A stretch of DNA of 32,000 nt from Methanosphaera stadtmanae DSM 3091 (GTDB lineage: Archaea; Methanobacteriota; Methanobacteria; Methanobacteriales; Methanobacteriaceae): NCBI RefSeq assembly GCF_000012545.1, contig NC_007681.1, positions 810,001 through 842,000 of the forward strand, in the 5' to 3' direction. Both the position numbers and the translations under genes were made by a program. Under the pieces are notes generated by a model that saw only the letters and a list, made by a program, of their open reading frames with translations, did no database searches and was not told the origin of the DNA. Positions 1-8,338 of the stretch are shown piece after piece. Numbering within the stretch: position 1 is the stretch's first letter; every line of letters begins with the position of its first letter.

Positions 1-252
1 AAATCAATTCCAACCGAGTCATTCTCATTAGTTAATATAAATACTGCAGGTGTAAATGAATTATCAAAACTTCCTGGAATAAATATGATACTTGCAAAAA
101 AATTAATTCAACTACGTCAAGATGGATATATTGTAACTTCTCTTAATGATCTAGGCCAAAAACTAAATTTAAAAGAGTTTGAATTAGAACAATTAGAACC
201 ATATATAACAATAGAACAAGATACTAGAAAAAGTAGAACATTAGATATATAA
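1..252 (+). CDS. 3' end of a helix-hairpin-helix (ComEA-like) DNA-binding protein; 5' end lies outside the window
   Basis: Frame 1 is open from base 1 to TAA at 250-252. It is missing from the ORF track because there is no Met in the window. The translation ...VNINTAGVNELSKLPGINMILAKKLIQLRQDGYIVTSLNDL... fits the HhH pattern (NTA..eL..LPGI....A..Ii..R). Confidence 0.6.
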   Translation, partial: KSIPTESFSLVNINTAGVNELSKLPGINMILAKKLIQLRQDGYIVTSLNDLGQKLNLKEFELEQLEPYITIEQDTRKSRTLDI

Positions 253-303
253 TCTAACTTTTATTTTATATATAAAAAAAATAATTAGGAGTACTTTTTA
301 AAA

Positions 304-912
304 ATGAAAAAATTTTTTATCTTTGACTTTGATGGAACACTAGTTAATACATTAGATGATTCAGTAATAGCATATAATGAATCCTTAAAAATACATGGAA
401 AATATGGAGAAAGTGTTAATAAGGATTGTGTGGATTTTGATAATTTTATTGAAAACATGGCAAAAGATAAGGAAGTTCTAAAAACATACAGGGAAATATA
501 TGACAAATGTAATAAGATACATACTCTTCCGTATCCTGGAATTAATTCAATGCTTGAAAAATTAGATAAATCTGATTCTGAAGTAGCAATATGTTCAAAT
601 AGAATACAGAACCTGCTGGATGATCTTACAGGAAAGTTTTTTTCCACAATAAATTTTAAGTATGTTATAGGACAAAAAATGGATGGATGTCGTAAACCTA
701 ATCCTTGTCTAATAAATGGTATTTTAAATAATGAAACTTATAAAAAAGATGAAATAGTCTATATAGGTGATAGAATGGTAGATATAGAAACAGCAAAAAA
801 TGTTGGAATTGATGTGGCAGTTGTAACATGGGGTCAGGGAAATAATAAAGCATATCATGATAAATATCCTATAAAAATAATAAGAAAATCAGAGGAAATA
901 TTATCATTATAA
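304..912 (+). CDS. HAD-superfamily hydrolase (phosphoglycolate phosphatase / PpaX-like)
   Basis: The N-terminus has HAD motif I, FDFDGTLVNT (DxDGT). A later SN motif and motif IV, YIGDRMVDIETAKNVGI, are present. An AGGAG ribosome-binding site sits upstream of the ATG. Confidence 0.85.
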   Translation: MKKFFIFDFDGTLVNTLDDSVIAYNESLKIHGKYGESVNKDCVDFDNFIENMAKDKEVLKTYREIYDKCNKIHTLPYPGINSMLEKLDKSDSEVAICSNRIQNLLDDLTGKFFSTINFKYVIGQKMDGCRKPNPCLINGILNNETYKKDEIVYIGDRMVDIETAKNVGIDVAVVTWGQGNNKAYHDKYPIKIIRKSEEILSL

Positions 913-935
913 TAAAAGTAAATTGGTTTGTATAT

Positions 936-1241
936 CTATTTATCTATTGCTTCAATAAGAAAACTAACTGGTCTAAAACCATCGTTACATGAAATCATAG
1001 CTGATTTCTTATTTTTCATCCATCCATCATAAATATCCTCACCACCACAGGATAGGGCTAGAACAAAGGGTGAAATAGTACTCCATGCACTTTCACAGAA
1101 ATTTTCTGGCCTATTCCATCCATTAGCTATGTATACTTTTCCTTCTTCTACATCACATGCATGTTCTATGGGATTTTCATATTTTGAAATTAAATCCTCA
1201 TAACATGCCTTACGCATAACTGTAATTTTTACTTTTTTCAT
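936..1241 (-). CDS. small conserved Cys-containing protein, TIGR04076-like
   Basis: The 101-aa ORF has MKKVKITV...CYEDL...ENFCESAW...ISCNDGFRPVSFLIE. This matches the family pattern as I remember it. I ran no HMM. Confidence 0.55.
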   Translation of the reverse strand: MKKVKITVMRKACYEDLISKYENPIEHACDVEEGKVYIANGWNRPENFCESAWSTISPFVLALSCGGEDIYDGWMKNKKSAMISCNDGFRPVSFLIEAIDK

Positions 1242-1494
1242 ATTTATTCAACTACCTATATTTTAAATAATATTATTATCTAAATTTCATACTATATATT
1301 AGATAGTATGATGATTATCTAAAAAACTACTTTAGACAACAAGTTTAAGATAATATATATTAAATCATTAGTTAATAATAAATCATTAGTTTTTTATTAA
1401 ATAGAAAAAAGAATACCTTTTTTTATTTTATAGAAATTATAATAAATGTTATTTTACAAAGAATATAACTAATGACTTTGGAGGTTTATTTACA

Positions 1495-2013
1495 ATGACT
1501 GAAATAACTAAATGTCTAAATGAGTGGAATGCTACTATTGAAGCATTAGGATGTGGAAAACAATCAATTCTTATTAGAAAGTACTCTACAACATTAAATG
1601 AATTCTTATTATATCCAACAGTAAGTTATGCTAATAAAGATAACTACTTGGATAGTTTTAAAAATGAGGATATTGATTTTGTTAAAGAAAATACTCTTCC
1701 AAAATCTGTTGATAAAAAATATGAAGTTAAATACTATGCAAAAGTAGAAGAAATTATTGAAAAATCAGCAAATAGGATAGGTTCATTAAATAAATATCAT
1801 ATATGGACACGAGATCATGTAAGTAGTTATTTAGATGGTAATAAAGCTAAAGTATGGCTACTTAGAGTATATAAATTAGATAAACCAATATTAACTAAAC
1901 GAAGTAATGGAATGGTATTTGCTAATACTAATAAGAAAATATCACTTAGTAATATGAAACCAGTAATTAGTGATGTTGAATTTAATAAAATTAAAGAAGA
2001 TATAATTGGATAA
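1495..2013 (+). CDS. DUF1802-like protein
   Basis: A GGAGGT ribosome-binding site lies 9 nt upstream. The N-terminus LNEWNATIEALGCGKQSILIRKY...FLLYPT resembles the DUF1802 consensus (LKEW...i.AL..G.qilLlRKGGI...F.LyPT). Confidence 0.5.
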   Translation: MTEITKCLNEWNATIEALGCGKQSILIRKYSTTLNEFLLYPTVSYANKDNYLDSFKNEDIDFVKENTLPKSVDKKYEVKYYAKVEEIIEKSANRIGSLNKYHIWTRDHVSSYLDGNKAKVWLLRVYKLDKPILTKRSNGMVFANTNKKISLSNMKPVISDVEFNKIKEDIIG

Positions 2014-2055
2014 TAATATATTATCCATTTTATTGTTGGATATTGTTTTTTTAAA

Positions 2056-2925
2056 TCATGAGTTTTTAGTTATATCTTTTAAAATAGTATTAATAACTTT
2101 ATTTTCCCCAATTCTATCCATAACATAGGATATACGTTCATTATCTTTCCCAAATTCCATATAATATTTTATAATAGAATCAACAACAGATAATATTTCT
2201 TCTTCTTTAAATATTCCAAGTGATATTCCATTTTTTATATTTCTACCAAGCATTCCTCCAATAAATATTTCAGCACCTTTTTCTTTAGTAGTTATAGCTT
2301 CAAATTTACATGTTCTTACACAATCACCACAACTTACACATAATGTCTTATTTTGAACTACTTTCTTATTGATAATTTCAAGTGCTTTAGGTTTACATAC
2401 ATCTACACATAAACCACACCCTACACATTTATTTCTATTAATTTGTGGTTCTGTTATACCAGTTATTCCAATATCACTCATGGTTGCCTTAGCACAGTTA
2501 TTTACACAGCCATTTACACCTATTTTACATTTATGTGGAGTTTTCATACCAAAATATTTATCTTCTAATTTTCTTGTTATTGATTGTGTATCAATATTCC
2601 CATGAATACAAATTGTTCCTTTACATGATACAAGTGGTCTTACCTTAGGGCCAGTTCCACCATGCTTTAATCCTAAAGTTTCTGCTTCTTTTAGAAATTC
2701 TTCAACATCCTCATCTTTTATCCATGGAATTTCTATTTGAAGTCTTGTGGTTTCTCCAACATATCCTTGACCATACTTTTTAGATAAATGGGCTATGTTT
2801 ATTATATCTTCAGCTGTGAAATTTCCTGCCCTACTTAATAATCGTACTGAAAAATGTTCTCTATCATTTTGTAACAATACTCCCAGTGGTTTTAATTCAT
2901 TTTGTCTTTTAGAATTCACTACCAT
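2056..2925 (-). CDS. small sulfite/nitrite-reductase-like siroheme/[4Fe-4S] protein with an inserted 2x[4Fe-4S] ferredoxin domain (Dsr-like protein of methanogens)
   Basis: Cys clusters are SCKGTICIHG and KCKIGVNGCVNNCAKA (CX3C). Two ferredoxin motifs follow, CVGCGLCVDVCKP and CVSCGDCVRTCKF. The N-terminal region resembles the NiR/SiR ferredoxin-like half-domain. Confidence 0.8.
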   Translation of the reverse strand: MVVNSKRQNELKPLGVLLQNDREHFSVRLLSRAGNFTAEDIINIAHLSKKYGQGYVGETTRLQIEIPWIKDEDVEEFLKEAETLGLKHGGTGPKVRPLVSCKGTICIHGNIDTQSITRKLEDKYFGMKTPHKCKIGVNGCVNNCAKATMSDIGITGITEPQINRNKCVGCGLCVDVCKPKALEIINKKVVQNKTLCVSCGDCVRTCKFEAITTKEKGAEIFIGGMLGRNIKNGISLGIFKEEEILSVVDSIIKYYMEFGKDNERISYVMDRIGENKVINTILKDITKNS

Positions 2926-3110
2926 AATATAACCTCTAATGCTATCTCTATTACTTATATTATAAATCTTTTTAGATGAATTTAGTTATTTAAAGTAGAT
3001 TAAACTTATAAATAACATTTACAATGTTATTTTTTTTAATAGTTATGTATATTTTTATTTATTTAAGCTAAAATAAGAAAGAAACATGGTTATTTTATAT
3101 TTTCATTATT

Positions 3111-3368
3111 TTGGAAACAAAAATAGAAAAACAATATAATAAAATATTAGATGAAATAAAAACACTTGACGAATTAATACAAACAACAGAATATACACAT
3201 AATACAACAAAAGAATTAAAACAAGCAATAATCAATACAATACAATCACTAGTAGACCAGGAAGCAGAATACACATACAATGAAATAAGATATAATGGTT
3301 ACTTTGACAAAATAAGAGATGCAAAAATAAAACTTGGATTAGCAAATGAAACAGAGAGGAAATCATGA
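3111..3368 (+). CDS. hypothetical helical protein (TTG start)
   Basis: An 85-aa ORF with A-rich coding-strand bias like neighbouring plus-strand genes. Its stop overlaps the ATG of the next small ORF (ATGA). I recognised no family. Confidence 0.4.
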   Translation: METKIEKQYNKILDEIKTLDELIQTTEYTHNTTKELKQAIINTIQSLVDQEAEYTYNEIRYNGYFDKIRDAKIKLGLANETERKS

Positions 3369-3472
3369 AAAAACGAAGAAAACATTTAACACGTGATGAT
3401 ATAGCATGTATAATGGCAGTTATTGGAGTGCTTGTTATTATTTTTTTAAAGAATGCTGGTTTCGTTTGTTAG
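3365..3472 (+). CDS. hypothetical 35-aa single-pass membrane peptide
   Basis: My own translation is MKKRRKHLTRDDIACIMAVIGVLVIIFLKNAGFVC*. It has a basic N-terminus followed by one hydrophobic helix. The ATGA overlap with the upstream ORF suggests coupling. It is below the ORF-track length cutoff. Confidence 0.3.
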   Translation: MKKRRKHLTRDDIACIMAVIGVLVIIFLKNAGFVC

Positions 3473-3810
3473 GGAAAAATAAGTAGTTAACTGATAAAAG
3501 AGGTGAACTAGGAAATATAAGATAAGGAATACTAGTTTATCGTTAGTAGGCTGTAAAATAGAGTAAATTAATATAATAAGATGAAAAATAAGTAAACAAT
3601 AATTTACATGTAATAACTAAACTATAAAGTAATATGAATCTCAAAAGATTAGGAGTATAGTTATATGGCCGTTCCACGACAAATCTTCTAATTTATATTA
3701 TCCGAATAGTCCCTATGAGTTTAGTGTACTTCCCCTTGAAATTAGGTCAAGTATATGAGAATTTTTTAGGAAAAACAACATTTAAAGTAGCAAAAATATA
3801 GAAAAAGAAA

Positions 3811-3845
3811 GGAGATAAATAGTATAACACAATACTATTTACTCC
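3811..3845. other. strong stem-loop (14-bp stem with one bulged A, 6-nt loop) in a stop-dense intergenic region
   Basis: GGAGATAAATAGTAT-aacaca-ATACTATTTACTCC. The right arm is the reverse complement of the left arm apart from one extra A. No ORF covers it on either strand. Confidence 0.5.
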
Positions 3846-4032
3846 TAAAACTAATTTTAAAAAATAATATTAAAAATTCACTCCCACAACGAAGTAAAAT
3901 AATTCTCGTGAGCCTGCTTCAAAAAAAATAATAAAAAAATAAAAAACAGACTATATCTAAACAATTGTCATTCACATCATATATATATAAAAAGGAATTA
4001 TATAAAAATTAAGAATTACATAAAACAATTAC

Positions 4033-4882
4033 ATGAGTAAAAATAACAAAAGTCTTTTTGATGATTATAAAAAATTTGAAAGAATACTAAAAATTAATCC
4101 AGATAATAACGTTTTAGACACAAGTACAGAAGATTTTTTAGCACCTACAACTTTAATTCCTCTTTTAATACACGCTATTAAAAAATGATATTCAAGAATT
4201 TCATACTCATAAAGATACACGAGATTATGTATTACATATATTAAAAAGAGAACAAATAGGTAATAACACACCATTTAGGATATTACCAAAAACTAAAGAA
4301 GCTTTTAATGATGAATCAATTTCAATGGAAGTTGGAAATTTAATTACAGAGGATTATGCGGGAAAACAATCAATTAACTTCGTTATCTCAGAATTGGTGA
4401 ACAATATATATGATCATACATCATTCGAAAAAAAATATGCAAGTCATGGTTATATCTATGCTCAACTATATCCTATCTGGAAAAAATTAGATATAACTGT
4501 ATATGATGATGGATTATCTATTCCTGGAAGATTTGATAAATCAAATGTAGACTATGAAAATGATTGTCATGCTATTGAAAAAGCATTAACCCAATTTACA
4601 ACTATCAAAAATAGACAATCTGAACGAGGAAATGGATTAGGGTCATGTATGAAATTAATCAAAGCTAATAAAGGTTCAGCTTTAATTGTTTCTAGAAAAG
4701 GATGTTTAGAAGTAGATGAAAAAAGAAAAAAATATCATTATCATAACCTAAACAATGAAAAATTATTCAAAGGAACATTAATAACATTAAGATTTAGGGA
4801 TAACCCCATAAATTTTTATGAAGCATTGGATGATGGATACATTCATGGAACACCCTACAAATACGTGGAGAATAATATATGA
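4033..4882 (+). pseudogene. GHKL/HATPase_c ATPase (RsbW/SpoIIAB-like), read in two frames with the switch at an A6 tract (4180-4185)
   Basis: Frame 1 runs from ATG 4033 to TGA 4186-4188 (MSKNNKSLFDDYKKFERILKINPDNNVLDTSTEDFLAPTTLIPLLIHAIKK*). Frame 2 is open from 4169 and runs without any ATG/GTG/TTG into the tracked ORF at 4325-4882. ATPase motifs are the N-box ELVNNIYDH, G1 YDDGLSIPG and G2 ERGNGLGSCMKL. Confidence 0.6.
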
Positions 4883-5139
4883 AAAAAATAATTTTAAACG
4901 AAATTTACTCTTCTCATTTAGAAATGAGTTTCACAGCAGAAGATTTATTTACCAATCAAATAAACAACAATGACTTTTCAGAGATAATAATAGATTTCAC
5001 AGGAATAACATTCATGAGCTTGTCATTCACACAAGAATATGTCTACCAAAAAACCCATACAAGTAAGAAAATAACAGAAATAAAAATGCATGAAGACATT
5101 AAACCAATGTTAGAACTAGTAGAAAAAAGAGAAAAATAA
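4879..5139 (+). CDS. STAS-like DUF4325 domain protein
   Basis: An 86-aa ORF whose ATG overlaps the stop of the ATPase (ATGA). The core IIIDFTGITFMSLSFTQEYV resembles the DUF4325 signature (lDF.gV..issSF.dE). Confidence 0.6.
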   Translation: MKKIILNEIYSSHLEMSFTAEDLFTNQINNNDFSEIIIDFTGITFMSLSFTQEYVYQKTHTSKKITEIKMHEDIKPMLELVEKREK

Positions 5140-5346
5140 ACCATTTAATGTATATGTACTGTATGATAATTACTAATTTTTAAACTCTTTTACTAAATAA
5201 AAAAAATCACGTCCATCTAATAAAAGGGGAATGATGTGATGGTGTACATAGAAAGAACAAAAATTGAACAGTATGTATATCAATAGTAAGTAAAAATATA
5301 ACGTAAACCTAATTAATAAAAAAATATTCAAAAAAAAAGAATAAAT

Positions 5347-5592
5347 TTATTGTTTATCTTTATGATAAACATCTAAAAATACTATAAAATCTTTTTGCTC
5401 TTCATAAACATAAGACAAACGAAATGGAGAAACATACACCTCAAGAGTACCCTTACGATTATGTCTCATAGGCTTACCAATCACTGGATTAGACACAATT
5501 TTCCGTATCTGCTTCTTAACACGAAGCTTATAAGTATTATCAAGATTGGATATAACTTTACAAAAATGGTCATCATAAGATACAGTTACCAT
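5347..5592 (-). CDS. relE: RelE/ParE-family type II toxin
   Basis: 81 aa. The sequence ...NPVIGKPMRHNRKGTLEVYVSPFRLSYVYEEQKDFIVFLDVYHKDK is the typical RelE C-terminal core. The start overlaps the upstream gene's stop by 7 nt (ATGGTAA). Confidence 0.8.
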   Translation of the reverse strand: MVTVSYDDHFCKVISNLDNTYKLRVKKQIRKIVSNPVIGKPMRHNRKGTLEVYVSPFRLSYVYEEQKDFIVFLDVYHKDKQ

Positions 5593-6128
5593 TTTTCCAA
5601 CTCACCCAGAAAATCAGATTCACCCATAGAAACAAGAGAACTTTCATCAATATCAGTAAGTAAATTTTTTACATGTTTTTCATGTTCAAAATCATCTTTA
5701 AGAATATGATGGTTAAAATATTGTTCATGTTCTATTAACTTGTCATGTATATATGGTAGTTTAGTTTCGTATTCTGTTTGACTAATCTTATCTTCCATGT
5801 AATATGAAACAATTAAATCTAATAGTTGTACGGATAGTTTTTGTAATTCAAGTCCAAAGGTTAAGTTAGTTAATGTATTATTTTCTTCAATAATATAGTT
5901 TACATTATCATTTGCTGTCTTGACTTCCATTAGTTCATCGTATAATTCATATAAGTGTTCTGTGGGTAATTTATTGTTTTTGATTCTGAGGGATATGTCG
6001 TTTATTTGGTAGTTCAGTTGGGAGTATGAATCAGAGTCAATCTCTTTGATTAGAGAGTAGGAGCCAAGGTTAGTGAAAAAGTGGGATATGGTATTATTGA
6101 AGGTTTGAAAAGCATTTATGTTCATCAT
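5586..6128 (-). CDS. putative cognate antitoxin, unusually large (about 180 aa), no recognised family
   Basis: It sits immediately upstream of relE and overlaps it. I trimmed the start to MMNINAF (ATG at 6128), which has a GGTGA ribosome-binding site 7 nt upstream. The tracked start at 6242 would add a hydrophobic low-complexity leader. Confidence 0.5.
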   Translation of the reverse strand: MMNINAFQTFNNTISHFFTNLGSYSLIKEIDSDSYSQLNYQINDISLRIKNNKLPTEHLYELYDELMEVKTANDNVNYIIEENNTLTNLTFGLELQKLSVQLLDLIVSYYMEDKISQTEYETKLPYIHDKLIEHEQYFNHHILKDDFEHEKHVKNLLTDIDESSLVSMGESDFLGELEKW

Positions 6129-6356
6129 ATTATTTTCACCTTCTGTATGTTTAATATTATTATAATTCTTTGTAGTATATACAATTATTGTACTAATAAA
6201 GTGAATTATAAAATACATAAGATGAACTAAAATAATATTCAATTTATTTTTTTGTATGTTTGGTAATATTTTTTAATATAATTAGTATGACTTAAATAAT
6301 AAATACTTCTTAAAAGATAACTATCAATAGAAAGAATTAATGGAGAAATTTTTATT

Positions 6357-7133
6357 ATGAAAAAAGGTGAAAGATATGAAAATCCTTATTTAACTGAAGT
6401 TATAGTAAGGATTAATTTTTCTACAATACTTGCATTATCAGGTAATAATGAAAGTGCTGCAGAAGATTTTCGTAAGAATATATTTGAACAATATCCAATA
6501 GCCTTACTGAAAAAAAATCATGAAGTGAATATTGGATTAAATATTCAATCAGATGGCTTTAATCAAATTAATCAAAGAGATAAAATAATATGGGAATTTA
6601 AAAATAAAGAAGATAATAAAAAAATAGAATTATCTGATTCATATGTTTTATTAACATACACTAAAGAAGCTTATACCAATTTCCGATATTTACTACAAGA
6701 CATCATATTAATATTAGATGCATTGAAAAAATATTCTCCTATAAACCCACATTTACTCCAGTTACGATATATTAATCAACTATCAGGTAAATCAATTGAA
6801 GAATTAACTAAATGCATTAACAAACCTTATTTCAATGAAGAGATAATAGATTTAAATGGTAAGGATACCTTTGTTCAAAATCTAAGTAGATTAACAATAA
6901 CTGAAGGAAAATATCTTTTAAATACCCAATATGGACTGTTTAATCCAGGTTATCCGAATCCAAATTTTGAAAAGAATTATATACTTGATTTTGACTGTAG
7001 TTTTTATAACATTGAATCAATGAATCAAATAAATGAAGAATTAAAAGAAATGAATTATTTTATATGGAAGCAATTCCAATTAGCTATAACAGATAAACTA
7101 AAAAAAGAAATGAAAGGTGAATTAGATGAATGA
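6357..7133 (+). CDS. TIGR04255-like uncharacterised protein
   Basis: 258 aa. The N-terminus ERYENPYLTEVIVRINF matches the remembered family signature (Y.nPPl.Ev..e.rF). A GGAG lies upstream of the ATG. Confidence 0.55.
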   Translation: MKKGERYENPYLTEVIVRINFSTILALSGNNESAAEDFRKNIFEQYPIALLKKNHEVNIGLNIQSDGFNQINQRDKIIWEFKNKEDNKKIELSDSYVLLTYTKEAYTNFRYLLQDIILILDALKKYSPINPHLLQLRYINQLSGKSIEELTKCINKPYFNEEIIDLNGKDTFVQNLSRLTITEGKYLLNTQYGLFNPGYPNPNFEKNYILDFDCSFYNIESMNQINEELKEMNYFIWKQFQLAITDKLKKEMKGELDE

Positions 7134-7584
7134 AACAATATCATATAATGAATTAGAAAAAACCAATTCAAATAATATTCACCCTTATTCTGAACATAGT
7201 AAAACAATAAGCACTGACGATTATTTTAAACAACTTTCAGAAAATAAATTCTATTCTGAATTCCAAGAATATTTATCAAACAATTATTCACTTATTAACA
7301 AAGAAGAAATAATTAATTTTATAAGTTATAAACCATTACTTACAGAGCTCATTAAAGAATTAACTGTAATAATTAGAAAAAGTTTTGAAAAAAATGAATT
7401 AAGTATGGAATTCATACAAGATCCAGAAATAACTGACTTAAAATATTTAAATATATATATCCATTCTAGTGAAGAATCATTTAATAAAGATTGGAATACT
7501 TTGAAAATAATAAACCAAGATATTAGACAATTAAAATTACTGGATAATTCAATCAAAAAATATATACTGGTGGATTTGTGGTAA
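7126..7584 (+). CDS. hypothetical protein, middle gene of the TIGR04255/HEPN operon
   Basis: A 152-aa ORF whose start overlaps the upstream stop (ATGAATGA). The next gene starts 3 nt after its stop. I recognised no motif and no nucleotidyltransferase GS/DxD signature. Confidence 0.55.
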   Translation: MNETISYNELEKTNSNNIHPYSEHSKTISTDDYFKQLSENKFYSEFQEYLSNNYSLINKEEIINFISYKPLLTELIKELTVIIRKSFEKNELSMEFIQDPEITDLKYLNIYIHSSEESFNKDWNTLKIINQDIRQLKLLDNSIKKYILVDLW

Positions 7585-7587
7585 AAT

Positions 7588-7944
7588 ATGGGGTTTGATT
7601 GGAAAAAATATCACGAGGTAGGGGAACATCTTAAAAACTATTCTGAAGATGAAGCATATCAACGTGCAGCTATCAGCAGATATTACTATGCTTATTTCAA
7701 TATAATTAGGAGATACTTTGAAAAAAAGCACTATGAAATTCATTCTAAATATGTACATCAAAAACTTATAGATGAATTAAAGAATTCCCTTGATGATAAT
7801 GAATATCAACTGAGTGATTATTTAAAAAGATTCCGTGGGTATAGGAATAATGCAGATTATGATGACAAGTTTAAAGCACGGAATATACAAAAAACACAGA
7901 AATTAATTAAAGATATGGATAAGATATTATCTAAACTTCAATAA
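7588..7944 (+). CDS. HEPN-domain protein
   Basis: 118 aa. It has AYQRAAISRYYYAYFNIIRRYF ... LKRFRGYRNNADYD, the four-helix HEPN pattern (a.sRaYYA.Fha ... lr..R..ADY). A GGTGG ribosome-binding site lies upstream. Confidence 0.7.
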   Translation: MGFDWKKYHEVGEHLKNYSEDEAYQRAAISRYYYAYFNIIRRYFEKKHYEIHSKYVHQKLIDELKNSLDDNEYQLSDYLKRFRGYRNNADYDDKFKARNIQKTQKLIKDMDKILSKLQ

Positions 7945-8032
7945 CATCATCACACTTTTTTTTTAATTATTTTATTATTATTAATATTATTATATATAAT
8001 TATAAATAATGTTTAGGATGTGAAATAACACT

Positions 8033-8338
8033 ATGCGAAATAAATTATTAATAACTTGTGGACTTATTGTAATTATAGTAGCAGTTGTATGTGTAGGTGT
8101 AATATATAATTTCAATGATACAAATACTACAAATTCATCTCTAAATTCCACTAATAATACAACAAATTCAAATCAAGAAACAAGTTCTAAAAATTTAAAA
8201 TCATCAACAAACACCAAATCAGACCCAGATAAGAAATATCGTTATTCAGAACAGTATGGAACATACATAACTGAATATACAGATTCAAATGGTGTACAAC
8301 ACATAGATTCAAATGATGGATCATATAAAGGATCTTAG
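8033..8338 (+). CDS. small N-terminally anchored Asn/Thr/Ser-rich secreted protein
   Basis: The N-terminus has a hydrophobic helix, LLITCGLIVIIVAVVCVGVIY, followed by NDTNTTNSS... The ORF ends at an in-frame TAG (8336-8338). The same frame then stays open for 27 more codons to TAG at 8420-8422. Confidence 0.6.
   Translation: MRNKLLITCGLIVIIVAVVCVGVIYNFNDTNTTNSSLNSTNNTTNSNQETSSKNLKSSTNTKSDPDKKYRYSEQYGTYITEYTDSNGVQHIDSNDGSYKGS

Noticed and set aside
3473-4032. Searched the ORF-free spacer for a tRNA or tRNA fragment (att site), C/D-box sRNA motifs, or a degraded gene
   Set aside because: I found no cloverleaf-compatible GC-rich segment or T-loop consensus and no properly spaced RUGAUGA/CUGA box pairs. 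All six frames are stop-dense. Only the hairpin at 3811-3845 is reported.
4065-4274. Minus-strand 69-aa ORF
   Set aside because: It is antisense to the N-terminal part of the GHKL ATPase gene, has a hydrophobic low-complexity translation, and has no ribosome-binding site.
5395-5709. Plus-strand 104-aa ORF
   Set aside because: It spans the relE/antitoxin junction on the opposite strand. The minus-strand genes have recognisable family signatures and overlap coupling.
5586-6242. Full 218-aa version of the relE-upstream ORF starting at 6242
   Set aside because: The first 38 codons encode an implausible hydrophobic low-complexity leader with no ribosome-binding site. The internal ATG at 6128 has a GGTGA 7 nt upstream, so I preferred the shorter model. 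This remains uncertain.
8336-8338. In-frame TAG read as pyrrolysine
   Set aside because: There is no pyl gene or methylamine methyltransferase context in the window. The presumed lineage (a methanol/H2 Methanobacteriales methanogen) is not known to encode Pyl. A nonsense mutation or ordinary stop is more parsimonious.
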